Shown piece after piece: positions 1-9,666 of a stretch of 64,000 nt of DNA. Position numbers and translations under genes: made by a program. The DNA comes from Candidatus Avidehalobacter gallistercoris (GTDB taxonomy: Bacteria > Bacillota > Dehalobacteriia > UBA4068 > UBA4997), in contig DVMH01000027.1 in assembly GCA_018715045.1 (NCBI GenBank), positions 6,306 through 70,305 on the forward strand. Direction: 5' to 3'. How positions within the stretch are numbered: the stretch's first letter is position 1; every line of letters starts with the position of its first letter. The notes below the pieces were generated by a model, which was not told where the DNA came from, did no database searches, and was given only the letters and a program-made list of their open reading frames with translations.

Positions 1-330
1 ATCAGGAAAATCTTCCATACCCATTTCCATACCAAACTCTGCGTCAGCTTTGGGTGGCATATATATCATCAAATTGGCAAACTGACCTTTGGTACGTCTG
101 ATTTTTTGTATAGAATATTTTAAGGCTTGTCCTAACCAGGCTGCCGGATTTTCGCAATTCATAATGGTATCTATTTTCACACAGGCGTCTGCAAAAGCAT
201 TCTGCACCGCTTCTTCCGCATTGCTTTTTTCCAAAAACTGCATGGCATAATTAAGCAGCTTATCATAATGCGCCTTATATAAATCCGCAATAAACTGGCT
301 TTCTTTGGCATTTAATTCACGCATCACCAT
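1..330 (-). CDS. sigma-70 family (ECF-like) RNA polymerase sigma factor, N-terminal part only; the gene runs off the window start
   Basis: Not in the ORF track because there is no stop codon within the window. Manual minus-strand translation from the ATG at 330-328 gives MVMRELNAKESQFIADLYKAHYDKLLNYAMQFLEKSNAEEAVQNAFADACVKIDTIMNCENPAAWLGQALKYSIQKIRR... This resembles sigma-70 region 2. The local sequence is visibly AT-rich compared with the rest of the window. Confidence 0.5.
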   Translation of the reverse strand, partial: MVMRELNAKESQFIADLYKAHYDKLLNYAMQFLEKSNAEEAVQNAFADACVKIDTIMNCENPAAWLGQALKYSIQKIRRTKGQFANLMIYMPPKADAEFGMEMGMEDFPD

Positions 331-481
331 ACCACATCCCGCAACCTCACCTCATAATTTATTTTAGCATATTTTCATTATTTGCCAACTATTATAAAAC
401 ATCTTTTGCCAGTTTTTCTACAAATTTCGATTTTTCAGGCAGAGCTATATTGCCAATATAAGGAAAAAACCGGAAGCCGAA

Positions 482-523
482 TAAAAAAGAGGCATGAATG
501 TCTGTTTTGACATTCATGCCTCT
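482..523 (-). terminator. rho-independent terminator downstream of the giant SLH protein gene
   Basis: Inverted repeat agaggcatgaatgtc (488-502) pairs with gacattcatgcctct (509-523) across loop tgtttt. An A6 run sits on the plus strand at 483-488, which reads as a T-run after the hairpin on the minus strand. Confidence 0.6.
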
Positions 524-649
524 AAACGGGCTGCTTTTATTTCATTCTGTCCGCTTTGACGCAACAGGATATTACATTGGCAGCCTCATTCGCCGCCGTG
601 CTTATCACCGATATTTGATAAGCGCGGCATAAATTCATTTACTGAGAAA

Positions 650-3600
650 TCAGTCTGCCAAGTCAGTCCAGTTTTCTGCACTGCCAGACTTTTTGTATTC
701 GTGGCCGTTGGTGGCCTCGATGATGTTATAGTACGCCCAGTTGCTTACCGATACATCGGAGAAAGTGCGCAGACTGCCTGCATGAGCATCTACATAATCT
801 TCATCCGCCGCACGATCCAACAGACGGTTTGTGATGGTGGTCACTTCAGCACGGGTAATGGTATTGTTCGGGCGGAAAGAGCCGTCCTCATAGCCATTGA
901 TCCAGCCATACTGAATCGAGCCAACCACCTGATCATAGAACCAGTCGTCCTCATCTACATCAGTGAAGATGTTTTTGCCGCCGGTATCCAGTTCGGCAAA
1001 GCCCATGGCAATAACCGTAAACTCGGCGCGGGTAATGGCGCGATTCGGGTCGAAACGGTTATCGCCCACACCCTTAATAATTCCAAGAGACGCCAGAGTA
1101 TTCACAGGTTTGGCATACCATGCGTTATCCGCCACATCAACAAAATTCGCCGTTATGGCAACATTTTTATCCAGCAGCAGGTTATAGAACATCTGCGCCA
1201 CCTCGGCACGGGTCATAACACTGCCCGGAGCAAAAGCGCCATCAGCATAGCCGTTCAGGTAAGCGTTATGGTCTTTGGTGTTCAGCCAATCGGATACGTT
1301 GGTATCGTCAGGATCAGCCACACCGCTTTCCAGAGCAAAAATTGCCTCGATAGTGTGTCTTTCCCGCACTTTTTCAAAAGTGTACTTCTCCACTGCGCCG
1401 ACGCTCTCGCCGTCCACCAGCACGTCAGAGATCTCATAGCCTTCGTTGGCCGTGATGGTGAAAGTCCTTTCGCCATTGCGGATCACACTTACGCTGCCGT
1501 CAGGGCTGATCTTGCCGCCCTTGCCGGCGCTGGCGTTGATGATATAGCGGGTGGCGCCGCCGCCGGTATTCACGGCAAAGCTGGCGGTTATGGCCGCATT
1601 GGCAGTGATGTTTTCAATCTCATAACTGCTTACCGCGCCAACGCTTTGACCGTTGACGGTAACATCAGAGATGTGATAGCCTGAATTAGCGGCGATAGTG
1701 AAAGTCTGATTTTCGCCGCGCTTCACAAACACTGTGCCGCTCGGGCTGATTGTACCGTTAGCGCCAGCCTGCGCCGTAACGGTCAGATAGGTTGGCTCGT
1801 CGGGAATACCGTCACCGTCAGTATCCTCGCCAAAGTAGGCTACGACAGCGCTGTCCGCCTGCACATCTTCAAGGGTCCAGACGCTTTCAAACGGATTTTC
1901 GGCGTCATTGTTGGCATAGACCACATCATCGTTGACAGTGATGTAATCCAGAGCATAGTCCGCGTTCGCAGTGATGGTGAATTCAACATCATCGCCAGCC
2001 CTGACCACCTTAGTAGCAGGACTAATGGAGCCGTTGTTGGAACCGTCCACGCTGGCGGTTACGGTGTAGGTCTTGTATTTGTCAGGAATGCCATTGCTGT
2101 CAGCATCTTCGGCGAAAGTCACGACGATGCTATGGTCTGCCTGGACATCCGAGAAAGTATAGGTCTTGTTATCCTTATCATATCCTGCCAGGTCCTCTGT
2201 GCCATCGTTGCAGAACGGCGTTCTGTCAATGTAGATAAGATCCACTGCATATCCGGAAGCAGGGCTCAGCGTGAACGCCTTTTCGCCACCCTTCGTAACC
2301 GTAGTGGCCTTATCGGGATTAATGCTGCCATTCAGGCCGGCAAAAGGATAAATTACATAATCATTGCCAAGAACGTCCGCGCGGCCATCACCGTCCGCAT
2401 CGTAGCCCCAAACCGCATAAACGGTGATATTCGCCTTATCAAAGGTTACAGCAGGAACAATTGTAATCTTTGCAAAAGCTGCTTTATCATCATCGCTGTC
2501 GCTATAGATTTGATCGGTATCATTTGCAGACCAGCCAATGAATACTACTTTCTTTGCATCAGCTCCAGATTCCGTATAGGAAAGACTGCTGCCGTCAGCC
2601 AGCACCACAGTCTGTCCGGAAATATAATCGTTATCATCGGTTATACCGCCGGTAACAGTATCATTCTCCATAGCGTTCGTATCATAGGTCAAGGCGTACT
2701 TAGCCGCCTGCTCCACATCCGGAACGCCATCCCCGTCCTCATCATAAGCCCAGGCGGCGTAGAGCTGTGTGCCGGTTGCGGAAATCGTTACGCTGTACTG
2801 GAGCTTGCTCAAAACGCCTGTATCTTCAGCACCGTAAATTTTATTATCCTCTTTATCATTTTCTGTCAGCCAGCCGAGGAACAAGACGTCTTTTCCATCC
2901 ACCGCATCGTGCGTCGGGGCATCTACCTTAACGGCGGAATCCGTAAACCGATAACTCTTTTCTTCCAGATGCTGCTTGGTAATCGTTGCATTACCATCCG
3001 CGAACTCACCGCCGTTAGCGTTATAAGTCAACGTGCGGTTGTATTTATCGGGGATATTACCGTCGCCTGTAACTGCATCAAAAGTGATACTTATGGTATG
3101 ATTAGCCGCTACATTGTTGAAGCTGACCGCCTGGAAGCTGGTGGAAGTGTAGCCAGCACCGCTGGGAGAAGCCGCGCCATTAGTATTCTTGTACGGAACG
3201 TTGTCCACCGTAATGGTATCCACAGCATAACCGGAATCCGGGGTAATATTTACCGTCAGGTTTTGCCCCGCAACCACAGAGTAAGTGTTAGAGAGCGTTC
3301 TCGCCAAACTGTTCGCAGCAGGCTGATTAAAACTATAATCAACTGCGGCGGAGCCATTGTCGCCAGTTTCCACCGTGATAGTCCAGGTACCATCATTAAT
3401 ATCCGCAGTGCCATTGCCGTCAGCATCATAGCCCCAAACAGCATAAACCGTCGTATTTCCTGTGATATCCACAGAGGTAACTATATCAGTAGGCCGTGAA
3501 TCATTGACACTGTAAATATTTTCATGCTTAGTTTCAGACCAGCCCATGCACACAACCGCTACGGTCTTTTTATCCCAAGTGCCTTCAGCGTGGGTGGGAA

Positions 3601-6600
3601 GAGGCGCACCACTCAACAGCGTATAGCCTGTCTGCGCCACTACGTCAACAGTTTTTGTTGTCGCATTATCAGCAAATGCGCCGCCGTTAGCGTTATAAGT
3701 CAGAGTGTAGACATCCTCCGCCACATCAGCCGTACCATCGTTGTTGGTGTCGTAACCCCAAACCGCGTAAAGAGTCGTGTTAGTGTTCGGCATCGTATAC
3801 TGAGCGCTCGCTGCATATACGGTCAGAGCAGCAAATTCCTGCTTGTCTTCCAGGCTGTATATCTTATCCGTCTTAGTTTCCGTCCAGCCGATGAAAGCCA
3901 CTGCCTTGCCATCCACATTGCTGTGCGCCGGTTTATCCACCGACAGGGCAACAGTTGTGCCACCCTGTATACCGCCCTGCTGAGCAGGCACCCCTGTTAC
4001 CGTGCCCTCGATCGCATTGCCGTTATAAGTAAGCAGATATGTTGCCGTAGTAGCATCATATGCATTGGTGACGGTCACGCTCTTATCTAAGGTCACAGTA
4101 CCACTTTTGTCCGCATAATTGATGTAACCGCCCTGGCCGACCGCAGCAACTACATCTCCGGTAAACGCAGGTGTATAACCGTCAACATGAGTCTGCGTCA
4201 ACTGATATTGGGCGCCCACGGGCAGACCCTCAATCACTGCCGTATCCCCAGCTTTCAGGCTGAACGTACCGCCATTGCTTATTTTTGTGCCAGAATCAGT
4301 GTTGTTAATCTTAATCGCATATGCGCCGGAAAGAGCAGTCTGACCATTCAGGTTAGAGAGATTCAGGGTATAAGTAAACTCCTGATCTTGATTTGCACCA
4401 TCTCCAGTGGTAGCATCCACAGTCACGGTAAGGCTGCCGGTAAGCGCAGCCTCCGTCAGCAGGCCGTTGTTACCCAGACGCACGGTGACCTGCCCATTAG
4501 CAAACACGGGATAGTTATATGTCGATGCGGTATCGGTCACATTTGGAGATTTAACGAAATTCGCATCGGCTACGCGGGAGAGCTTATCGGTACCCGCTTT
4601 GATGTACAGAACGCTATCCACTATCATAGCGTTGTTTGATACACTAATACGGCTGCCGTCTTCCAGCATATGATAATCGGTCAGCTTATCGGCAGCATCG
4701 CCTATGCCAGTTGCCTGATAGTAAACATGCTCATAATAATAGGCAAGACCAGGCGTATAGCCTGTCGCCGGCTGAAGCCGGTAAGCAACGTCGTTAACAT
4801 TTACCACATTCTGACCCGGCAGAATAGTCGTTTGACCTGCCGCCGCGGCGGCTGCTTCGGTAAGGTAGGTTGTTGTGCCGCCTGCTGTATTTACCAGATT
4901 ATAGAGAACGGTATCCTCGGTGTACTTATAGAAAGCGTTGGATGATGCGGGCGTGAACACAGCAGTGGCAGTACCATACTGCTCGTCGCCCTGCGTGGCG
5001 CTATCATATTCCCCTGCATAGTAACTGGTTACACCGTTCAGGGAATTAGCCGTCAGATAATCGTTATCCGCAACGCCCCAGGTGTGCGTATCATCTTTGG
5101 CCACCGAGTAAAACAGGCGGATGGGATAGGCATTCTTACCCTCCTGAATAGCATAGGAGATTGTTCCGTTCGGGTCTACGGCAGCCGTGGCCGTGACTGT
5201 ACGCAGCGGCAGAAGATTAGCCGGAATCGTCCAGCTCAACATATTCAGATCATTGTCGCCTTTGGTAACGGTCAACTGGATTGTATTCAGATTGCCGCCG
5301 GGGTAAATATCATTGGCATCGATTTGTTGACTGGGGAAAGTATAGGTTGTCGTATCACCAATTGTATTCGAAGTTACAGCGTCATACTTATTGCCACCAA
5401 ACACGATAGACGGCATACCGGTCACATTCATATATGCCCCCAGCTTATCGGTAAAGGTCAGCACCTTACTATCGCCGCCAGTACCCGCCACGCCCTCAAT
5501 CTCGGTAGTCGGGAAAGAAGGATTGACGGTATTCACCTGATTTATTATTTGATCAAAAATGTTTTGCCAAGCGTCTCCTGTATCAAGATCCGTGGCAGCA
5601 AAGTAACCGTCATTGTACTTCAGGTCATCCAAAGTCAACTCAGTGTTGCTTCCGCGATAAATGGTCTGATATATGTGCCTATCTCTTATAGCAGCTTGTG
5701 CACGCATCAACTGAACAGAAGAATTATTAAATGATTCTAAAGCATCCTTTACAAGTACATTTTCTATACCTATTTGCAAAGCATCCGTCAGAGTTGCCTG
5801 TGGATTCAGCACCAGTTCAGCCATGGTTTTATCGGAATCATTTGTCAGATCGCCCAAACCCACGGTGTAGATATAAGGCTGCTTGCTGTTTCCGTTGTAG
5901 GTATAGTTTTCTTCTATGGCCTGCTTACCATAAGCCGCTGTCAGCAACGATAAAAAACTCTGAGCAATATAGTTCTGCGGGTTAAGATTTGCAATCTGTC
6001 CATCAATATTAAACGGATTTACATAACTAGACTCTTCCATTGCTTGCGGAGTGCCTACATAAAGCTCGTTTCCTCTTTCAGGGTTGCCGCTGGCCATGGA
6101 GATCACCACCGGAACGCGCAACACGGTTTCGGTTTGCCCGCTGGTATTTTTAACCTCAGCCGTTACGTCAGCCGCGCTGGAAAGATTATACATACCCTCG
6201 TTAATGCCCACCTGATAATTCCGATAGCAGGTGCTGTCAAAATCAAAGGCTATCGAGACCAACGGCTGGCCGGTCAAAATACCCCGCGAAGCAACACCGT
6301 CTTGAGTCCGAACCAGAAGTTGAGTGGTTGCGGTTCCATTATCATAGTTCTCATAATGATTCAGAGGCAGCAGGGTCAGTGAGGTGTTATCATAAGTAAC
6401 CACACTAACTCTGTTTTGCGGGTTGGAAACCAGAATCTCACGCAAAGCTGCATTTGCAGCCACAAGCATTTCATTCACATACTGCTCCATATCGGGCGAC
6501 ATATCCAGCACCAGAGAAACATCCATAGGAATCTGTGTCTGATCAATGATCGTGGCAGTCGAACCCAGGGCGGACAATACCACCTGGAAGTCTGCATCAG

Positions 6601-6865
6601 CTGCTTTGTCGATAGTCAGACCGCTGTCGCCCACATCACCCTGAAGCGTGATGCTTTCTTCGGATACGGTTTTATCCGTCCAGATACGGCCAATATCTTT
6701 GGTGGAAAGCGTATCCCCGCCAAAAACCTCACTCCATGTGGTTAAAGTGGAGGCGTCAGTTTGTACGCCCTCTACGTCGTCTGCCATCACCGGCACGCCC
6801 GGCGGAATAACCAATCCCACCAGCATAACCAATGACAGCGCCATTGCTATAAGCTTTCTTTTCAT
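650..6865 (-). CDS. giant secreted cell-surface protein, 2071 aa: signal peptide, N-terminal vWA-like domain, multiple Listeria-Bacteroides (List_Bact) repeats and Asp-rich Ca-binding-like repeats, three C-terminal SLH domains
   Basis: Sec signal peptide MKRKLIAMALSLVMLVGLVIPPGVPVMA. MIDAS-like LVLDMSPDM motif. Recurrent YTLTYNANGGxFADxxT and WGYDxDGxGxxD modules. C-terminus carries three copies of the xNGYxDGxFxPxxxITRAE SLH motif. Confidence 0.85.
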   Translation of the reverse strand: MKRKLIAMALSLVMLVGLVIPPGVPVMADDVEGVQTDASTLTTWSEVFGGDTLSTKDIGRIWTDKTVSEESITLQGDVGDSGLTIDKAADADFQVVLSALGSTATIIDQTQIPMDVSLVLDMSPDMEQYVNEMLVAANAALREILVSNPQNRVSVVTYDNTSLTLLPLNHYENYDNGTATTQLLVRTQDGVASRGILTGQPLVSIAFDFDSTCYRNYQVGINEGMYNLSSAADVTAEVKNTSGQTETVLRVPVVISMASGNPERGNELYVGTPQAMEESSYVNPFNIDGQIANLNPQNYIAQSFLSLLTAAYGKQAIEENYTYNGNSKQPYIYTVGLGDLTNDSDKTMAELVLNPQATLTDALQIGIENVLVKDALESFNNSSVQLMRAQAAIRDRHIYQTIYRGSNTELTLDDLKYNDGYFAATDLDTGDAWQNIFDQIINQVNTVNPSFPTTEIEGVAGTGGDSKVLTFTDKLGAYMNVTGMPSIVFGGNKYDAVTSNTIGDTTTYTFPSQQIDANDIYPGGNLNTIQLTVTKGDNDLNMLSWTIPANLLPLRTVTATAAVDPNGTISYAIQEGKNAYPIRLFYSVAKDDTHTWGVADNDYLTANSLNGVTSYYAGEYDSATQGDEQYGTATAVFTPASSNAFYKYTEDTVLYNLVNTAGGTTTYLTEAAAAAAGQTTILPGQNVVNVNDVAYRLQPATGYTPGLAYYYEHVYYQATGIGDAADKLTDYHMLEDGSRISVSNNAMIVDSVLYIKAGTDKLSRVADANFVKSPNVTDTASTYNYPVFANGQVTVRLGNNGLLTEAALTGSLTVTVDATTGDGANQDQEFTYTLNLSNLNGQTALSGAYAIKINNTDSGTKISNGGTFSLKAGDTAVIEGLPVGAQYQLTQTHVDGYTPAFTGDVVAAVGQGGYINYADKSGTVTLDKSVTVTNAYDATTATYLLTYNGNAIEGTVTGVPAQQGGIQGGTTVALSVDKPAHSNVDGKAVAFIGWTETKTDKIYSLEDKQEFAALTVYAASAQYTMPNTNTTLYAVWGYDTNNDGTADVAEDVYTLTYNANGGAFADNATTKTVDVVAQTGYTLLSGAPLPTHAEGTWDKKTVAVVCMGWSETKHENIYSVNDSRPTDIVTSVDITGNTTVYAVWGYDADGNGTADINDGTWTITVETGDNGSAAVDYSFNQPAANSLARTLSNTYSVVAGQNLTVNITPDSGYAVDTITVDNVPYKNTNGAASPSGAGYTSTSFQAVSFNNVAANHTISITFDAVTGDGNIPDKYNRTLTYNANGGEFADGNATITKQHLEEKSYRFTDSAVKVDAPTHDAVDGKDVLFLGWLTENDKEDNKIYGAEDTGVLSKLQYSVTISATGTQLYAAWAYDEDGDGVPDVEQAAKYALTYDTNAMENDTVTGGITDDNDYISGQTVVLADGSSLSYTESGADAKKVVFIGWSANDTDQIYSDSDDDKAAFAKITIVPAVTFDKANITVYAVWGYDADGDGRADVLGNDYVIYPFAGLNGSINPDKATTVTKGGEKAFTLSPASGYAVDLIYIDRTPFCNDGTEDLAGYDKDNKTYTFSDVQADHSIVVTFAEDADSNGIPDKYKTYTVTASVDGSNNGSISPATKVVRAGDDVEFTITANADYALDYITVNDDVVYANNDAENPFESVWTLEDVQADSAVVAYFGEDTDGDGIPDEPTYLTVTAQAGANGTISPSGTVFVKRGENQTFTIAANSGYHISDVTVNGQSVGAVSSYEIENITANAAITASFAVNTGGGATRYIINASAGKGGKISPDGSVSVIRNGERTFTITANEGYEISDVLVDGESVGAVEKYTFEKVRERHTIEAIFALESGVADPDDTNVSDWLNTKDHNAYLNGYADGAFAPGSVMTRAEVAQMFYNLLLDKNVAITANFVDVADNAWYAKPVNTLASLGIIKGVGDNRFDPNRAITRAEFTVIAMGFAELDTGGKNIFTDVDEDDWFYDQVVGSIQYGWINGYEDGSFRPNNTITRAEVTTITNRLLDRAADEDYVDAHAGSLRTFSDVSVSNWAYYNIIEATNGHEYKKSGSAENWTDLAD

Positions 6866-6975
6866 GCCATTGTTTCTCCTTTCCTGCTAATCCAGCTTTC
6901 AACGCTTGACTACATTGATCCTTTTCTGTGACAACCCTATACCCTGATAGCCACCTGGTAGAATAATCATACCAG

Positions 6976-6988
6976 AAAAAAAAAAAAA
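6976..6988 (-). repeat. A13 homopolymer tract in the upstream (promoter) region of the giant SLH protein gene
   Basis: Thirteen consecutive A at 6976-6988. This lies 111-123 nt upstream of the start codon at 6865, inside an AT-rich intergenic stretch. Confidence 0.9.
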
Positions 6989-7061
6989 TACAATAACCAA
7001 TTGTAAATAGACCATAAAAATCCGGCATTATTTCCGACAGATTTCCGCTTATTACGCATAA

Positions 7062-7099
7062 AAAAACGCCCCCGGCCAAATGGCCAGAGGCGTTTTTTT
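7062..7099 (-). terminator. rho-independent terminator downstream of hppA; the A/T flanks suggest it could work in both directions
   Basis: aaaaaaa-cgcccccggcc-aat-ggccagaggcg-ttttttt. Imperfect GC-rich stem flanked by A7 and T7. Confidence 0.6.
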
Positions 7100-7121
7100 A
7101 TGCATTTTGTTATCTATCTGT

Positions 7122-9164
7122 TTACAGGAACAGGGGCACGAAGACCAGCGCGATAATCGTCATCAGCTTGATCAGAATGTTGATGGACGGACCCGAAGTA
7201 TCCTTGAAAGGATCGCCCACAGTGTCGCCGTTAACAGCCGCCGCGTGCGCATCAGAGCCTTTGCCGCCAAAGTGGCCGCCCTCGATGTACTTCTTGGCGT
7301 TATCCCAGGCGCCGCCCGCGTTGCTCATCATCACAGCCAGCAGGAAACCGGTCACCAGAGAGCCGGCCAGCAGACCGCCCAGAGCCTCAGGCCCCAGCAC
7401 CAGGCCGACAAACAGCGGCGCAACCACAGCCAGCACAGCCGGCATAACCATCTCACGCAGAGCCGCCGTAGTAGAGATATCCACGCAGCGGGCATAATCC
7501 GGCTTGGCAGCGCCCTCCATCAGGCCGGGGATTTCACGGAACTGACGGCGCACCTCAGTAATCATATGCGAAGCCGAACGCCCCACAGCGCTCATTGTCA
7601 TCGCAGAGAACAGGAATGGCAGCATACCGCCGATAAACAGGCCGATAACCACCATCGGATTCATAATATCAATATTGGTAACTCCCGCTGCCTGCGTGTA
7701 GGCGGAAAACAGCGCCAAAGCAGTCAGCGCAGCAGAACCAATAGCAAAGCCCTTGCCGATGGCAGCGGTGGTGTTGCCAACCGCGTCCAGATTATCGGTG
7801 ATCTCACGCACATGGTGTTCCAGACCGGCCATCTCAGCAATGCCGCCAGCATTATCGGAAATCGGGCCATACGCGTCAACCGCCACCACAATGCCGGTGG
7901 TGGAAAGCATACCCACAGCCGCGATGGCAATGCCGTACAGACCGGCAAAGTAAAACGCAGCGCCGATACCGCAGCAGATAACGATGATCGGCAGCGCGGT
8001 GGAAGTCATCCCAGTGGCAATACCGGAAATGATGTTGGTCGCAGTGCCAGTCTCGCAGGAAGCGGCAATGTCCTTAACCGGCTTATAGTCAGCCGAAGTG
8101 TAATATTCGGTGATCTTACCAATCAATGTACCGGCCACCAGACCAGCCACACTGGCAATGAACACGCCGGTGTTGGTGTACATACCGTTCTGGAAAGTTT
8201 CCGGCAGAACAAACTTGCAGATAACGAACGTGCCCACGATAGAAAGCAGCGTTGCCACATATGTACCGGCGTCCAGAGCTTTCTGGGGGTTTTTGCCCTC
8301 GCCCGTGCGCACAAAGAAAGTGCCGATAATGCTGGAAACAATGCCCCAGGCCGCCAGCAGCAGCGGCACGATAACGCCCTCGCCGTTATCTCCGATAGCC
8401 AAAGACGCGCCCAGCGCAATGGCTGCAATAACAGAACCAACATAAGATTCAAACAAGTCGGAACCCATACCGGCCACGTCGCCGACGTTATCGCCCACGT
8501 TATCAGCAATAACCGCCGGGTTACGCGGATCATCTTCGGGAATACCGGCCTCAACCTTGCCAACCAGGTCAGCGCCCACGTCGGCAGCCTTGGTGTAGAT
8601 ACCGCCGCCCACACGGCCAAACAGAGCCACGGACGAAGCGCCCAGGCTGAATCCGTTAATAATGTCAGACTGACCGGGGAAAAGCAAAACCACAATACCC
8701 AGACCCAAAAGACCCAGGCCAACCACGCTCATGCCCATAACAGCGCCGCCGGAGAAAGCCACGCTCAAAGCCTTGTTCAGGCCGGAGGCCTGCGCAGCAT
8801 TGGCAGTTCTGGCATTGGCCTTGGTTGCAATACGCATACCGATATTGCCAGCCAGAATGGAGCAGACCGCGCCAATCAGGAAAGGAACGGCAGTCAGCGG
8901 ATTCAGGCCGCCCTCAGTGCCGCCGGTAATCATACCGGCCCCCACGATGACCAGCGCCATAACCACGACGAAAATAACCAGAGTTTTATACTGACGGCCC
9001 AAAAAAGCCATTGCGCCCTCATGGATAGAATTCATAATCTCCACCATGCGGTCATTGCCGGGCTCCACAGCCGTCACCCGCTTGGCCAGCACCACTGCGA
9101 ACAGCAATGCCAGCACGCCGGCCAACGCACCGATCACCGGAGCGTAATTCATAATGAAATCCAT
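7122..9164 (-). CDS. hppA: membrane-bound proton/sodium-translocating pyrophosphatase (V-type H+/Na+-PPase)
   Basis: 680-aa polytopic membrane protein. Conserved [18 protein letters not shown] block plus further conserved PPase motifs. Confidence 0.9.
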   Translation of the reverse strand: MDFIMNYAPVIGALAGVLALLFAVVLAKRVTAVEPGNDRMVEIMNSIHEGAMAFLGRQYKTLVIFVVVMALVIVGAGMITGGTEGGLNPLTAVPFLIGAVCSILAGNIGMRIATKANARTANAAQASGLNKALSVAFSGGAVMGMSVVGLGLLGLGIVVLLFPGQSDIINGFSLGASSVALFGRVGGGIYTKAADVGADLVGKVEAGIPEDDPRNPAVIADNVGDNVGDVAGMGSDLFESYVGSVIAAIALGASLAIGDNGEGVIVPLLLAAWGIVSSIIGTFFVRTGEGKNPQKALDAGTYVATLLSIVGTFVICKFVLPETFQNGMYTNTGVFIASVAGLVAGTLIGKITEYYTSADYKPVKDIAASCETGTATNIISGIATGMTSTALPIIVICCGIGAAFYFAGLYGIAIAAVGMLSTTGIVVAVDAYGPISDNAGGIAEMAGLEHHVREITDNLDAVGNTTAAIGKGFAIGSAALTALALFSAYTQAAGVTNIDIMNPMVVIGLFIGGMLPFLFSAMTMSAVGRSASHMITEVRRQFREIPGLMEGAAKPDYARCVDISTTAALREMVMPAVLAVVAPLFVGLVLGPEALGGLLAGSLVTGFLLAVMMSNAGGAWDNAKKYIEGGHFGGKGSDAHAAAVNGDTVGDPFKDTSGPSINILIKLMTIIALVFVPLFL

Positions 9165-9218
9165 AGTTCTCTCAAAATCCTCCTAACTTTGCCTTAAAAC
9201 GATTGAATCCCTGCGGCA

Positions 9219-9440
9219 TTAAAGAGCCGCCAACAACAGCGTCAACGCCAGAAACAGCACCGCCGCCACTATAGAGAGCTTGGAAAACAGTTCATCCATA
9301 CCCTTCTTTTTGCCGAAGAACGTCTCCGCGCCGCCCGCGATGGAGCCGGAAAGCCCGGCGCTCTTGCTGGACTGCATCAGTACCGTCACAATCAGCGCAA
9401 TGGCGCACAGCATCTGCAAAATCATCAGCACAGTAGTCAT
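9219..9440 (-). CDS. secG: preprotein translocase subunit SecG
   Basis: 73 aa with two TM segments and a Gly-rich loop: LMQSSKSAGLSGSIAGGAETFFGKKKG. Confidence 0.75.
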   Translation of the reverse strand: MTTVLMILQMLCAIALIVTVLMQSSKSAGLSGSIAGGAETFFGKKKGMDELFSKLSIVAAVLFLALTLLLAAL

Positions 9441-9666
9441 TTTTTCACCTCCGCTATTGGCTATATATTATTCAAAAAATATTTACCTTAGATTAAAGCG
9501 CATTATATTATAGCACGGCCAAAGCCTTTTAGCAAGCGGTTTTCCCAAGTTATTGCATAATTTTCCCACAAAATTCCTTAATATAATGTAATTCCGGCGA
9601 CGGACGGCTTGCATTTTGCAACGGTTTAATTTATGATTAAGAGAGTATTTTTTTCAGGAGGCTCTT

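Noticed and set aside
701-6745. Multiple 100-450-aa plus-strand ORFs inside 650-6865
   Set aside because: All lie antisense to the giant SLH protein gene and have low-complexity, Ile/Arg-rich composition. No RBS or domain support.
650-6865. CRISPR-like or tandem DNA repeats
   Set aside because: The periodicity is protein-domain repetition (List_Bact and Asp-rich modules) inside one intact ORF. There are no short direct repeats with unique spacers, and no cas genes anywhere in the window.
7080-9197. 705-aa plus-strand ORF rich in Arg/His/Gln
   Set aside because: Antisense shadow of the well-supported hppA gene on the minus strand. Its composition is typical of GC-rich antisense frames.
9441-9666. 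Second cobalamin riboswitch upstream of cobD
   Set aside because: No B12-box or conserved core. The region looks like divergent promoters only.
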